Shown: piece after piece, positions 55,394 through 63,816 of the stretch
Position numbering within the stretch: the first letter of the stretch is position 1
How the letters are laid out: each line of letters starts with the position of its first letter
NCBI GenBank assembly: GCA_964647905.1
Contig: CAZYJR010000006.1
Span: 70,935 to 134,934 of the forward strand
DNA length: 64,000 nucleotides
From: an uncultured Desulfobacterales bacterium
GTDB lineage: Bacteria > Desulfobacterota > DSM-4660 > Desulfatiglandales > HGW-15
Direction of reading: 5' to 3'
Translations under genes and position numbers: made by a program
The notes under the pieces: generated by a model
The model's database searches: none
What the model was told of the DNA's origin: nothing
What the model saw: only the letters and a program-made list of their open reading frames with translations

Positions 55394-55741
55394 TGTTACG
55401 TAGTAGGGTAATCCTCTACTGCTTCTGCTCTTTGGTATGGCATTACATCCGAAAGTGGTAACTCGTTACACATCTGCTGCCCCCTGAACGTTTGTGTCAT
55501 ACATAAGCCTCTGAAAATATTTTATTTCTCCCCTTTACCAGTTTTTGGCATTGCTATTGCGAAGATACTGAACGATGTCATATCCCAAACGTGAGGATCA
55601 TGAAATGGAAGGAGCGCGGTGATGTGCATCTCAAAGTGGCCCTTGGTGCTGCTGATGGGATCGTAATGAAAAGTTAGGCACGAGATGCTTAATAGAGAAT
55701 AACAAAACACATAAATTGACAAATGGAAAGGAGAAGTAACC

Positions 55742-56470
55742 ATGTCAAAGACAACAAGACCTTTCCGTCGCTTGTTCCTTGCCTTCTGCCTTTCACTTAT
55801 CTGCTTTCTCCTGGGCCGCGCTGAAGCCAGCATAATAGATGTCACGGGGGAAGGGGCGTTGCAAACAGCGGGACAGACCATTTCGGGTCAGTTCCAGGTA
55901 GATGGGACGTATGTCGGCTACGATCTTGAGCTGATCAGTGCAGATCTTGGTGACTCTTCTTACGATTCTTATGTCTCATGGAACGGGGAGGATCGATCAA
56001 CATCCGCGGGGCTCTCCTGGGGAGACGGTGGCGCTAGCTGGGAAGTCCAATTCAACTTTACGAGACCGATTAACGCAATCTTCTCCCAAAACGGAGGGAG
56101 CGGGTGGGCGAACGAGCATTGGTCAGAATGGACGATCAATTGGGATGATCCCGGGGATACCAGGATTCTCGACCCGGATAATCAGCTGGACAACAAGTCG
56201 ACGGGCGACGGGACCGCAACGTTCTCCATCTCCAGTAGACTAACCAATTCTTCTGCGACTTGGACTGTGGAAGGGCCCGCATCGAGCGGGTACACCATTT
56301 CGTGGGAGAACACCAGTTCTTCAGGTATTGGGACTGACGCGTTCGGATTCGATACATCCCAAACAACGCTTGCTCCGATCCCGGAGCCCTCCTCCGCGGC
56401 GCTTGTCACGACCGGCCTAGGCGTTATCGCCCTCGGTGCGCTCTTCGCCAGAAGAAGAGGTGTGGCCTGA
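55742..56470 (+). CDS. PEP-CTERM sorting-domain secreted protein
   Basis: Signal peptide LFLAFCLSLICFLLGRAEA. C-terminal PIPEPSSAALVTTGLGVIALGALFARRRG is a PEP-CTERM anchor. Confidence 0.8.
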   Translation: MSKTTRPFRRLFLAFCLSLICFLLGRAEASIIDVTGEGALQTAGQTISGQFQVDGTYVGYDLELISADLGDSSYDSYVSWNGEDRSTSAGLSWGDGGASWEVQFNFTRPINAIFSQNGGSGWANEHWSEWTINWDDPGDTRILDPDNQLDNKSTGDGTATFSISSRLTNSSATWTVEGPASSGYTISWENTSSSGIGTDAFGFDTSQTTLAPIPEPSSAALVTTGLGVIALGALFARRRGVA

Positions 56471-56649
56471 GGCCCCCCGCCCGCATTCAACCCAAAAAAG
56501 ATTCCGTCGTAAGAACCCCGAATCGCGAAATTCCGATTTCGCCCGCCCGGGGTCACGCGGCGTGGGCGAGGGGTTGGCCGTGAAATAATCCGTGGATTCT
56601 TGCCAGCACGCTCAAAATCGCAATACGGAGCCCTTGAGCACGGCCAGCC

Positions 56650-56978
56650 TTGGCCTTGGCGGCCTTGTCCCGCTCCGGTTCGATGTACCTCTTGATGTTG
56701 ATGGCCAAGGACTTGCAGGTGACGGAAAGCGACCCTAACGATGCTAGCACCTGGTTATCTCTCGGTTACGCCTACGATGAATTCGTTACAACGAGGCTAT
56801 CGAGGCCTATCGCCAGGCCATCCGCATGGACCCGGAGTATGCCAGCGCTTGGAATAGCCTGGCGCTATTCTGCGCCCTCTCCGGCAACCGGGGAGCCGCC
56901 CTAGATGCCGTCCAAGAATTGCGAAGGCTCGACCCGCAGAGCGCCGATGAGCTTTTCAACCTGATGGTACCGCCCTGA
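56650..56978 (+). pseudogene. TPR-repeat gene remnant with frameshift
   Basis: ..DASTWLSLGYAYDEF in one frame continues as YNEAIEAYRQAIRMDPEYASAWNSLALFCALSGNRGAALDAVQELRRLDP.. in another. The shift is near 56778-56790. Confidence 0.5.
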
Positions 56979-57006
56979 TGGAAGCGATTCTGGGCTGAAA
57001 CGAACC

Positions 57007-57303
57007 GGTTACCAGGTTCTGACTGTAAAAGACGGTGCCGAGGCCCTGGAGGCAATGGCGTCGCACAACGGCCCGGTACATTTGCTGCTGAGCGATGTGG
57101 TCCTTCCAGGGATGAACGGCAAGGAGCTTTACGAGGAAGCCCTTGCAATGCGACCTTCTCTCAAAGTCCTCTACATGTCGGGGTATACCGGCAATGTGAT
57201 CACGCATCGAGGGGTGTTCGACGAGGGGGTTCAGTTTATCCAGAAGCCGTTTACCGTACATGGGCTTGCCGCCAAGGTTCGGGAATTGCTGGGTGAGAAG
57301 TAG
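57007..57303 (+). pseudogene. 5'-truncated response-regulator receiver domain
   Basis: GYQVLTVKDGAEALEAMASHNGPVHLLLSDVVLPGMNG..LYMSGYT..FIQKPF. The phospho-Asp and Lys contexts are present, but the N-terminal DD pocket strand is missing. Confidence 0.55.
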
Positions 57304-57408
57304 TGGTTTTTCAAGGGGCCAAGGATTGCGCTGGAATGCCTGTAATTCCAGATCCTACAGGAAGTCCGTATTTCGATAAGTAGCACCCGGCGGGCACCTC
57401 ATTGTTCA

Positions 57409-57883
57409 TCATGCCCGCTGCAGCAGTATCTGGGGCTTCATTATCCTCCTCACATCCCCCACCTCCCTCCCCGTGTGCTCGGCAACAGGCCCCAGCATCC
57501 CCAGGCCGCACCTATGCTCCTGCTGGCTCTGGTACGTGAGCTGGTGGCACTCACGGCACGCGAAGTACGCCTCTCCAGGCGGCAGGTAGAGCTTACCAAC
57601 CCGGCGCCCACACCGGCGGCCTGTGGGGTGGACCTGTGGGGTCCTTGACTGGGCACTGGAACCACCATCGCACCCCGCCATGGTTCGGCCGAGTGGTTGT
57701 AAGGTGGATCATGAGCATCATCCGGTCACTATCCGGAGCCTGATATGAGAGATCAATACTCGCGGCATCAGTGCGCCAGCAGTCCACCCAGTAACGACAC
57801 GAGGCCGTGCTCCCGCCCCTGATCAGGTTTTGCCACTCGAGGTTGCCGGTCTCATGCGCACCCCTCAGGTGAGGCCGCGGCAC
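57409..57883 (-). pseudogene. frameshifted zinc-finger hypothetical gene
   Basis: Two overlapping minus-strand ORFs (57593..57883 and 57409..57681) together read ..GGVRWWFQCPV..//..CGRRVGKLYLPPGEAYFACRECHQLTYQSQQE. This looks like a single CxxC..CxxC protein family split by a frameshift. Confidence 0.4.
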
Positions 57884-58072
57884 TCTTAAGGAAACGGCGG
57901 GTACTCGGGCTCGGGCGGGGACTTGGGTGGTGGATCGGGAGGTGTATCGGACCGGAGGGCTTTCAGAACGCGGTCACACTCGGCCCGGTGGGCGGTCTCT
58001 CCCCTGGGGAAGCAGTAAGAGGATTACGGCAAGAGCTGAATCGCTATCGACTCTGACAATTGCCCCAGGCCG

Positions 58073-58290
58073 TCAGCGGACTGGGTATAGTACCCGGAGC
58101 AGCAGAAACACTTGCCGGAGGTTCTCGTCTGAAATCGCCTTGATGATCTCTGTCACCCGCTTTTCAATCTCCTTTCGATCTGAGATCTCGCCTTCAAAAC
58201 GGAAGAGCTCGGGGAGTTCGACCTCCAGGGCCCCGGCGATTTTCGCCAGCACCTTGAACGAAGGGTTCTGCTGCCCCCGCTCAACTTGTC
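58073..58290 (-). pseudogene. XRE-family HTH regulator remnant (N-terminus missing)
   Basis: The minus-strand frame reads ERGQQNPSFKVLAKIAGALEVELPELFRFEG..., the third helix and C-terminal part of a Cro/CI-type HTH. No intact first helices or start are present. It abuts the 3' end of the methyltransferase gene. Confidence 0.35.
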
Positions 58291-58997
58291 CTTCTCCCGG
58301 AATCCTGCAATTTGCTTATCTTCGCCTGTATCTCCTCCCCCTGCACTTTGATCTCGTATTCCCGAAACCCAGCCTGCTCGATCATGGAAGCTACATCTTC
58401 GCGGCCATAGACCCGGCCCGGGTTCACCTTTGAAAAGAGCAGAAACAGTAGGTATAGTGCCTTTTCAGCAATTGTAAGGGAGGTCTTCCATTCCCGCACA
58501 TCGATCTGGGAGGACACCCTTGCGGGGTCGTATACCCATGCCTCGCCGCCCGGTTTCAATACCCTCCGGCATTCCCTGAGCACCCGGACCGGATCCTTGA
58601 GGCTATGGAGCATGCCCGTGCTGATCACCATGTCATAGGCCTGGTCTTCAAATCGGAGCCTCGAGGCATCCCCCTTCTCGAACCTGACCCTCTCACTCAC
58701 CCCGGCCCTGGCGGCGTTTTCCTGGGCCATCTTGATGAGCCTCTGACTGAGATCGATCCCGTCAACCGTGATCCTCGGGGACCTCTTGGCGATCTCGATG
58801 GGAAGGTACCCTGGGCCGGTACCGAGGTCCAGGATCCTCCCTTCCCCCAGCGAGGCCGCCACCTCAGAGGCGATAGGGGCGTAGTAGGTCTCTCGGACCA
58901 TCCGGGTCGCCTTTTCGTAGAGCGAGGCAAAGGGGCCCGGTATCCTTTCTATCAAGACTTCTCCTCTGGTCACGTCAATACCCTCCTTACAATCCAC
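58281..58997 (-). CDS. class I SAM-dependent methyltransferase
   Basis: 238 aa. Motif I ILDLGTGPGYL, a post-I acidic residue, and VISTGMLHSL..LKPGG. Confidence 0.8.
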   Translation of the reverse strand: MDCKEGIDVTRGEVLIERIPGPFASLYEKATRMVRETYYAPIASEVAASLGEGRILDLGTGPGYLPIEIAKRSPRITVDGIDLSQRLIKMAQENAARAGVSERVRFEKGDASRLRFEDQAYDMVISTGMLHSLKDPVRVLRECRRVLKPGGEAWVYDPARVSSQIDVREWKTSLTIAEKALYLLFLLFSKVNPGRVYGREDVASMIEQAGFREYEIKVQGEEIQAKISKLQDSGRRTS

Positions 58998-59273
58998 CCA
59001 CCGACCGCTGCTCTCGGCCCTCCAAAGGCCAAGGGCTCACTTCGGGGGGATGGAGATGATCGCCCAGGCCCTCCCGAGACGGGGCAGGCGGGAGTCTCTG
59101 GGACTCGCTCTTTCTTGGTCTCTTCCCATGCACCCAAGCCCCGGGCTCGCGGGTGGAGAGCCCAGCCTCTCTAGCCCTCGCTTGTAAGGCCAGGGTTCGT
59201 GGCCTTCCATCTCCTGCCGGAAGAGGAGGATCTTGAGCTGGGACTAGCGCTCGGGATAGGCACCTCACGAGGA

Positions 59274-59570
59274 CTAGAGCCCTCCGGCTGCCTCACTCTC
59301 ATCCCACGCTTTGTTCTCCCATTTCTCCCTCTGCTCTATTGCTTCTGCCACCTGCCGTTCCCACTCCTCGATCGAGGCGACCTTCTTGCACGTGACTTTC
59401 CGGCGGCCCTGCCAGACCATTCGCTCGAACTCGGCAATCGTCTGGCACTCGTAGGCCTCTCCGGGCGTCCGGTCTCCGACCCTCTCAGTTATCGACCTGC
59501 AGAGGGAATCGATAATCTCTTCTGGCCTGAAGTCTCTCTCTAATCCTCTGCTGGCACCCCGGCGACTCAT
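59274..59570 (-). CDS. hypothetical protein (weak call)
   Basis: 98-aa ORF overlapping the 3' end of the upstream HTH gene by about 86 nt. No motif found. Confidence 0.3.
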   Translation of the reverse strand: MSRRGASRGLERDFRPEEIIDSLCRSITERVGDRTPGEAYECQTIAEFERMVWQGRRKVTCKKVASIEEWERQVAEAIEQREKWENKAWDESEAAGGL

Positions 59571-59991
59571 TGCCTATCTCCTCGTCTATGATCTTTATCA
59601 CTTCGGCGACCTCGGTGGCCTGGAAGAGCTTGTAGCCAATGTCGGCCATCGAGCCGATGAGCTTTCTCATCTCGGCGGCGAACTTGAGCTTCTGGTTCTG
59701 CCACTCTCGGTACTCGGCCCCCGTGGTAGGGGGAACGGAGTCCTCTATCCAGTCGAGTTCATACTTCGCCCGCCTCACCAGCTCCATCAGGTGCTCCGAG
59801 GCGGCATCCCGGCGATCAGCGTACTTGGGGGCGTGAGCAACGGCTGCCTTGCTCACATGTATGCCCATCTCCTTTAGCACCTTGGAGACCGCCCCCTTGG
59901 TGCAGCCGAGCTTCTTGGCAATCTCCGTTACGGTGCCCCCTTCGTCATACATCGCCTTCACAGTGGTGCGGTCAATCCTTGTCCTGCCCAT
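59485..59991 (-). CDS. phage-like HTH DNA-binding protein (small-terminase/regulator-like)
   Basis: Start set at ATG 59991. MGRTRIDRTTVKAMYDEGGTVTEIAKKLGCTKGAVSKVLKEMG is an N-terminal HTH. Confidence 0.55.
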   Translation of the reverse strand: MGRTRIDRTTVKAMYDEGGTVTEIAKKLGCTKGAVSKVLKEMGIHVSKAAVAHAPKYADRRDAASEHLMELVRRAKYELDWIEDSVPPTTGAEYREWQNQKLKFAAEMRKLIGSMADIGYKLFQATEVAEVIKIIDEEIGNESPGCQQRIRERLQARRDYRFPLQVDN

Positions 59992-60312
59992 TGGAAACCT
60001 CCATGGAAACGTTTCCGGGAAATGGGAAACTCGGAAGCTGATCTGGCCAAAGTTTCCGAGAATCGGAAACACGGCACAGGGATTCGGGTCTAGGTCATAA
60101 ATATCATAATTGTTTTTCCGTTTCCGGCGTGTTTCCGGAGCAGGACCTCCCTTGGGCGATTATTGCATAGCCTTCCGCCAGGGGAGATCCCGCTCCGGGA
60201 ATGAGAGCAGCACATGCTCCTTCTTCGACATCCTTTCTTTTCTAAAGCGACCTGCACTCATAATATTATATGTGACTAATGCCCTCATGAACTCCTGAAC
60301 CATTCGGCGGTA

Positions 60313-60993
60313 TCAGCGGTCGAATATCTCGCGCCAATCCTTCCCCGCCGATGAGAGGCAGGACTTGGACGCCGTCTCGGCTTCGACTCGACGGAGTTCT
60401 CGTTCCGCCTTGACGGCCCTCTGTTGACCCCACTCCAAGAATTTCTCAACCTGGACCCCGAATGACGCCATGTGGTGCCTGGGGAGAGTGGAGCTAAACA
60501 AAAGCCCGGCTGCAAGTGCAAGCTGCCGCACCACATAAGCCTTGAGGCCCAAAATGGATCCAAGACGGCCGCAAAGCTCGATGTCGTGCCGATTCGCGTA
60601 GGTGTGGTAAGAGCGCTCACCAGCAATGTCGAGGCTGAAATAACCAGCCTCAAACCAGCCCCGATCTTCCGGGTCCACAGAGAGCGCAAAAACCTGCGCA
60701 GCCGCCTTCTCGATTCTTGACACGAATGGCTGCTCCAAGAGCTTCGTGACGCCCTTGTGTAGTGCCGCCTGGACGACCCCGGACTGAGTCTTAGAGAGCC
60801 GCTCAGCCAAGTAACCCACGGACCACCGCAAGGCGGGAGAGCACCTGTGCACCATGAGCCCTTTCACCTCGTCAGGGTTAGCGGCGGGGGTGTTACCATC
60901 TCGAATACCTCTTCTAATCGCCTCTTCAAGGACGAAATCATCGGAGCTCGTCGCGTCTTCGGGAGATAAAGAAACAGGATTTGGTTTTCGCAT
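60313..60993 (-). CDS. hypothetical protein
   Basis: 226-aa ORF with protein-like composition and no motif I recognise. Confidence 0.45.
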   Translation of the reverse strand: MRKPNPVSLSPEDATSSDDFVLEEAIRRGIRDGNTPAANPDEVKGLMVHRCSPALRWSVGYLAERLSKTQSGVVQAALHKGVTKLLEQPFVSRIEKAAAQVFALSVDPEDRGWFEAGYFSLDIAGERSYHTYANRHDIELCGRLGSILGLKAYVVRQLALAAGLLFSSTLPRHHMASFGVQVEKFLEWGQQRAVKAERELRRVEAETASKSCLSSAGKDWREIFDR

Positions 60994-61015
60994 TTTTATA
61001 CTCCTTCCATGCCCT

Positions 61016-61246
61016 TTAGCTTAAGTTTAGTAAATCAGGAAACGGGTCAGAGGCCCCACGCTTGATTAAGGCCTCGCGGATTCTGGTTTTTTGGTCCCGG
61101 TCCAGGTTGTAACGGCCACGGGTGGCCATGCTGACCAAGGATTCAGCCACCTGGGCCTCACGGGCAAGGGCCCTTTGAGTCAAACCGGCCTCAAAAATGG
61201 AGAACTTGAGGGCCATCCCTGGCTTTTTTGGATCTCTGTCTTTCAT
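61016..61246 (-). CDS. XRE/Cro-like HTH transcriptional regulator
   Basis: Start set at ATG 61246. GLTQRALAREAQVAESLVSMATRGR is an HTH motif. Confidence 0.6.
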   Translation of the reverse strand: MKDRDPKKPGMALKFSIFEAGLTQRALAREAQVAESLVSMATRGRYNLDRDQKTRIREALIKRGASDPFPDLLNLS

Positions 61247-61518
61247 CGATCTTCCTCCTGTAATACTCCAAAATGGTTCAATAAATTCCAATCAAAGACC
61301 CCAAAACAAATAGTCACCTCCTTTCTGTCCTAAAATATGCTATTAAATGCCCTGATAAGTACCCATCAGGACGCATTAAAGTATCCTATAGATTTCAGTA
61401 AAATGTGTCAAGTAGTTCTAAATCAGCATAATTTTGTGTAGCATATTGGTATTTTCCAACTTATTTGGAACTGTAAAAACGATGGTTTAAGCTGGCCTCG
61501 GATGTGTAACGAAATTGA

Positions 61519-61547
61519 TTGACATTCGTCTGACGCAAAGGTATGTT
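61519..61547 (+). promoter_or_regulatory. sigma-70-like promoter of the recombinase gene
   Basis: TTGACA (61519-61524), a 17-nt spacer, then TATGTT (61542-61547), within an AT-rich intergenic region. Confidence 0.4.
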
Positions 61548-61601
61548 TTTAGCCGAATTTCGGGTTTTCGCTTAACAACACCTGCAAGGAGAGCCCATCC
61601 C

Positions 61602-62216
61602 GTGAAAACCGTATCCTACCTTCGAGTCAGCACGGACGCCCAGGACACGGCCAATAACAAGGCTGCGGTGCTCGATTTCGCTAATACGAAGGACTTCGGC
61701 AAGGTCGATTTCGTAGAGGAGAAGGTCTCCGGGAAGACGCCCTGGAGGGAGCGCAAGATCAAGGAGGTTCTTGACGGCCTCGGAGAGGGGGATAGGCTCA
61801 TCGTGCCCGAGCTATCCCGGCTGGGGAGATCCACCCTGGAGGTCCTGGAGATCCTCAAGGAGGCCAAGGACAAGGGCGTCGATGTCTACAGCGTCAAGGA
61901 GGGTCTCTCCCTCAATGGGGACGGCATGCAGGCCAAGATCATGACCACCATGCTCGCCCTATTTGCAGAGCTCGAGAGGGACTTCATCTCGCAACGGACC
62001 AAGGAGGCGCTGAAGGCGAGGAAGGCCGCCGGCGTCAGGCTGGGCCGGCCCAAGGGCCCGGGCAAGAGCAAGCTGGACGAGCACAGGGAGGAGATCGTGG
62101 CGCTCCTCAAGAACGGTGCCACAAAGGCCTTCGTTGCCAAGCGCTATGGGACCTCCAAGGTGAACCTCTATAACTGGATCAAGAAGAACGGGATTGATGC
62201 GAGCCCGGAGCCGTAG
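61602..62216 (+). CDS. serine recombinase (resolvase/invertase family) with C-terminal HTH
   Basis: GTG 61602 preceded by AAGGAGAG. VSYLRVSTDAQ catalytic Ser motif, LIVPELSRLGRS, and C-terminal HTH AKRYGTSKVNLYNWIKK. Confidence 0.85.
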   Translation: MKTVSYLRVSTDAQDTANNKAAVLDFANTKDFGKVDFVEEKVSGKTPWRERKIKEVLDGLGEGDRLIVPELSRLGRSTLEVLEILKEAKDKGVDVYSVKEGLSLNGDGMQAKIMTTMLALFAELERDFISQRTKEALKARKAAGVRLGRPKGPGKSKLDEHREEIVALLKNGATKAFVAKRYGTSKVNLYNWIKKNGIDASPEP

Positions 62217-62271
62217 GGGGGCTTGAGATAGAGGGATGAGGCCACCTCAGTGTGCTCCTGCTAGCGGGCAC

Positions 62272-63330
62272 TCAGGTGGATGCCGCGAGAGTATCCGGTG
62301 CTCCCAGATGGAACTTTACCTCGTAGCGGCGCAGCTCGACATTTTCGAGGGTGCTGAGTGCATACCGGAGTGCGTCATCCGCCTTTCGGCATATGATCAT
62401 GCCGTGGACCTGATCCCCGGCTTCAGCCAGGTGCCTCTTCACCCATCCCATGTATCGCAGGAGCTGGCCGACGGTCTGGTCGCTGCTTTGATTGCGCTTG
62501 AGCTCCACCACTAGCCAGCGCGGCTCTCGGCGGTGTTTGGCAAGGAGATCTATGCGCCCCACGTCACATGGGTACTCATATCCTGCCTCTTCGTCCCCCG
62601 GCTCCTGATATATAGCCCAGTCCCGGCCGAGCTCAATATGCTGCCAGTTGTCTCTGAGGAACTCGTGAAGGTGGCGCTCCAGCCCGAACCGCTGTTCGGA
62701 TTCCGCCCACACGTCGCCGGGGATCGGGTCACTGTCGCCAGGGGGCAACGAATCCCTCTGGTCCAAGTACCACCACAGTGCATCCAGGGTCCAGAGGTCG
62801 ATCTTGAGGGCGTCCCGAAGCTGAAGCAGGATCTGGTTTACCTTGACATACCGGCTCCCGAACGACTCTCCCCGGTCGAAGTGCGGCCAAATGCCGAGCT
62901 GTTTCATGTTCGCCTCGGAGCGGTTATTCCACACTCCGTAACGCTCAGGATGTATGACCAGGAGGATACCGCTTGCCACGTTCTTTCCCATGCCAGGGAC
63001 CATTGCTGTACCCTGATCCAGGCGGTCAGCCACCGACTGGGTCTCGTCAGCTAGCATTGATAGGGCCTGTCGCAGGTTGTCCATGTCAGCACACATGCGG
63101 GGGCCTTGACGTTGGAGTCCGGTCCAGTGGTGGTTGTTTTCAAAGAGCAGGAAGCTGCGGAACTCTTCGGCTGTAATCTCTGGTATGTGTTCGGGGGAAA
63201 AGACCGGCTGGTACCTGGCCAGGACAGCATCTCGTGGTTCAACAACCTCTTTGTAGATTGCCGAGCTCTTAAGACCGGCAAGGGCCTCACGTAGCTCCCC
63301 TATCACATCCGGCGTAACAGTCTCAGCCAT
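62272..63330 (-). CDS. NucS/DUF91-like PD-(D/E)xK nuclease domain protein with an N-terminal helical domain
   Basis: Start set at ATG 63330 (GGAGGAGA SD). C-terminal ..GRIDLLAKHRREPRWLVVELKRNQSSDQTVGQLLRYMGW.. is a D..E.K nuclease core, as in NucS-like/Mrr-like enzymes. Confidence 0.65.
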   Translation of the reverse strand: MAETVTPDVIGELREALAGLKSSAIYKEVVEPRDAVLARYQPVFSPEHIPEITAEEFRSFLLFENNHHWTGLQRQGPRMCADMDNLRQALSMLADETQSVADRLDQGTAMVPGMGKNVASGILLVIHPERYGVWNNRSEANMKQLGIWPHFDRGESFGSRYVKVNQILLQLRDALKIDLWTLDALWWYLDQRDSLPPGDSDPIPGDVWAESEQRFGLERHLHEFLRDNWQHIELGRDWAIYQEPGDEEAGYEYPCDVGRIDLLAKHRREPRWLVVELKRNQSSDQTVGQLLRYMGWVKRHLAEAGDQVHGMIICRKADDALRYALSTLENVELRRYEVKFHLGAPDTLAAST

Positions 63331-63716
63331 TTCGCTGTCTCCTCCAGCGGGTACGAACAACATGCCCCTGCTTGATGTACACCTCATGGTCCCCGGTATC
63401 CGGTGCCGAATCCCGCTGTGCTCCTTCGCCCCTTATGTTGATGTTGATCCCTTTCCCGGCAACAGGCATAGGTAGGCCTCCTGAGATGGGCAAGCCTTCG
63501 TGACGGTAGTCGGGCGGGATTATCGAATAATCCGAAGGTAAAGTCAATTTTGCTGCTGCAAAAGGCGAGATAACACACACAGGAGTGGTCTAGGCGTCTG
63601 TCTGCAGCCCCTTATGGGGACCTCGCTCCCAGCCCCGGGCGAACCTCAAGAACACCATCTGAAGGCCCCGGGGGGATATCTGAGGTCTTCCTTCTTTCAA
63701 CGGCTCTCTGCCGTTG

Positions 63717-63816
63717 ACCGCCTTTATGGAGCCATTGCAGAATCGCCTTAATGGAGCCAGGTGGTGATCGCCCTAATCAGGCCAGTTGTTGATGGCCCTA
63801 ATCGAGCCATGGCCTG
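63717..63816. repeat. four tandem imperfect 25-bp direct repeats (iteron-like)
   Basis: ACCGCCTTTATGGAGCCATTGCAGA / ATCGCCTTAATGGAGCCAGGTGGTG / ATCGCCCTAATCAGGCCAGTTGTTG / ATGGCCCTAATCGAGCCATGGCCTG, head to tail at exact 25-nt spacing. Preceded by an 8-bp-stem hairpin TCAACGGC-TCTCT-GCCGTTGA (63697-63717). Confidence 0.7.

Noticed and set aside
62242-62279. Imperfect inverted repeat CCACCTCAGTG..CACTCAGGTGG between the convergent recombinase and nuclease genes, considered as a bidirectional terminator
   Set aside because: It has one mismatch and a 16-nt loop, lacks a flanking T-tract, and overlaps the nuclease stop codon. That is too weak to call.
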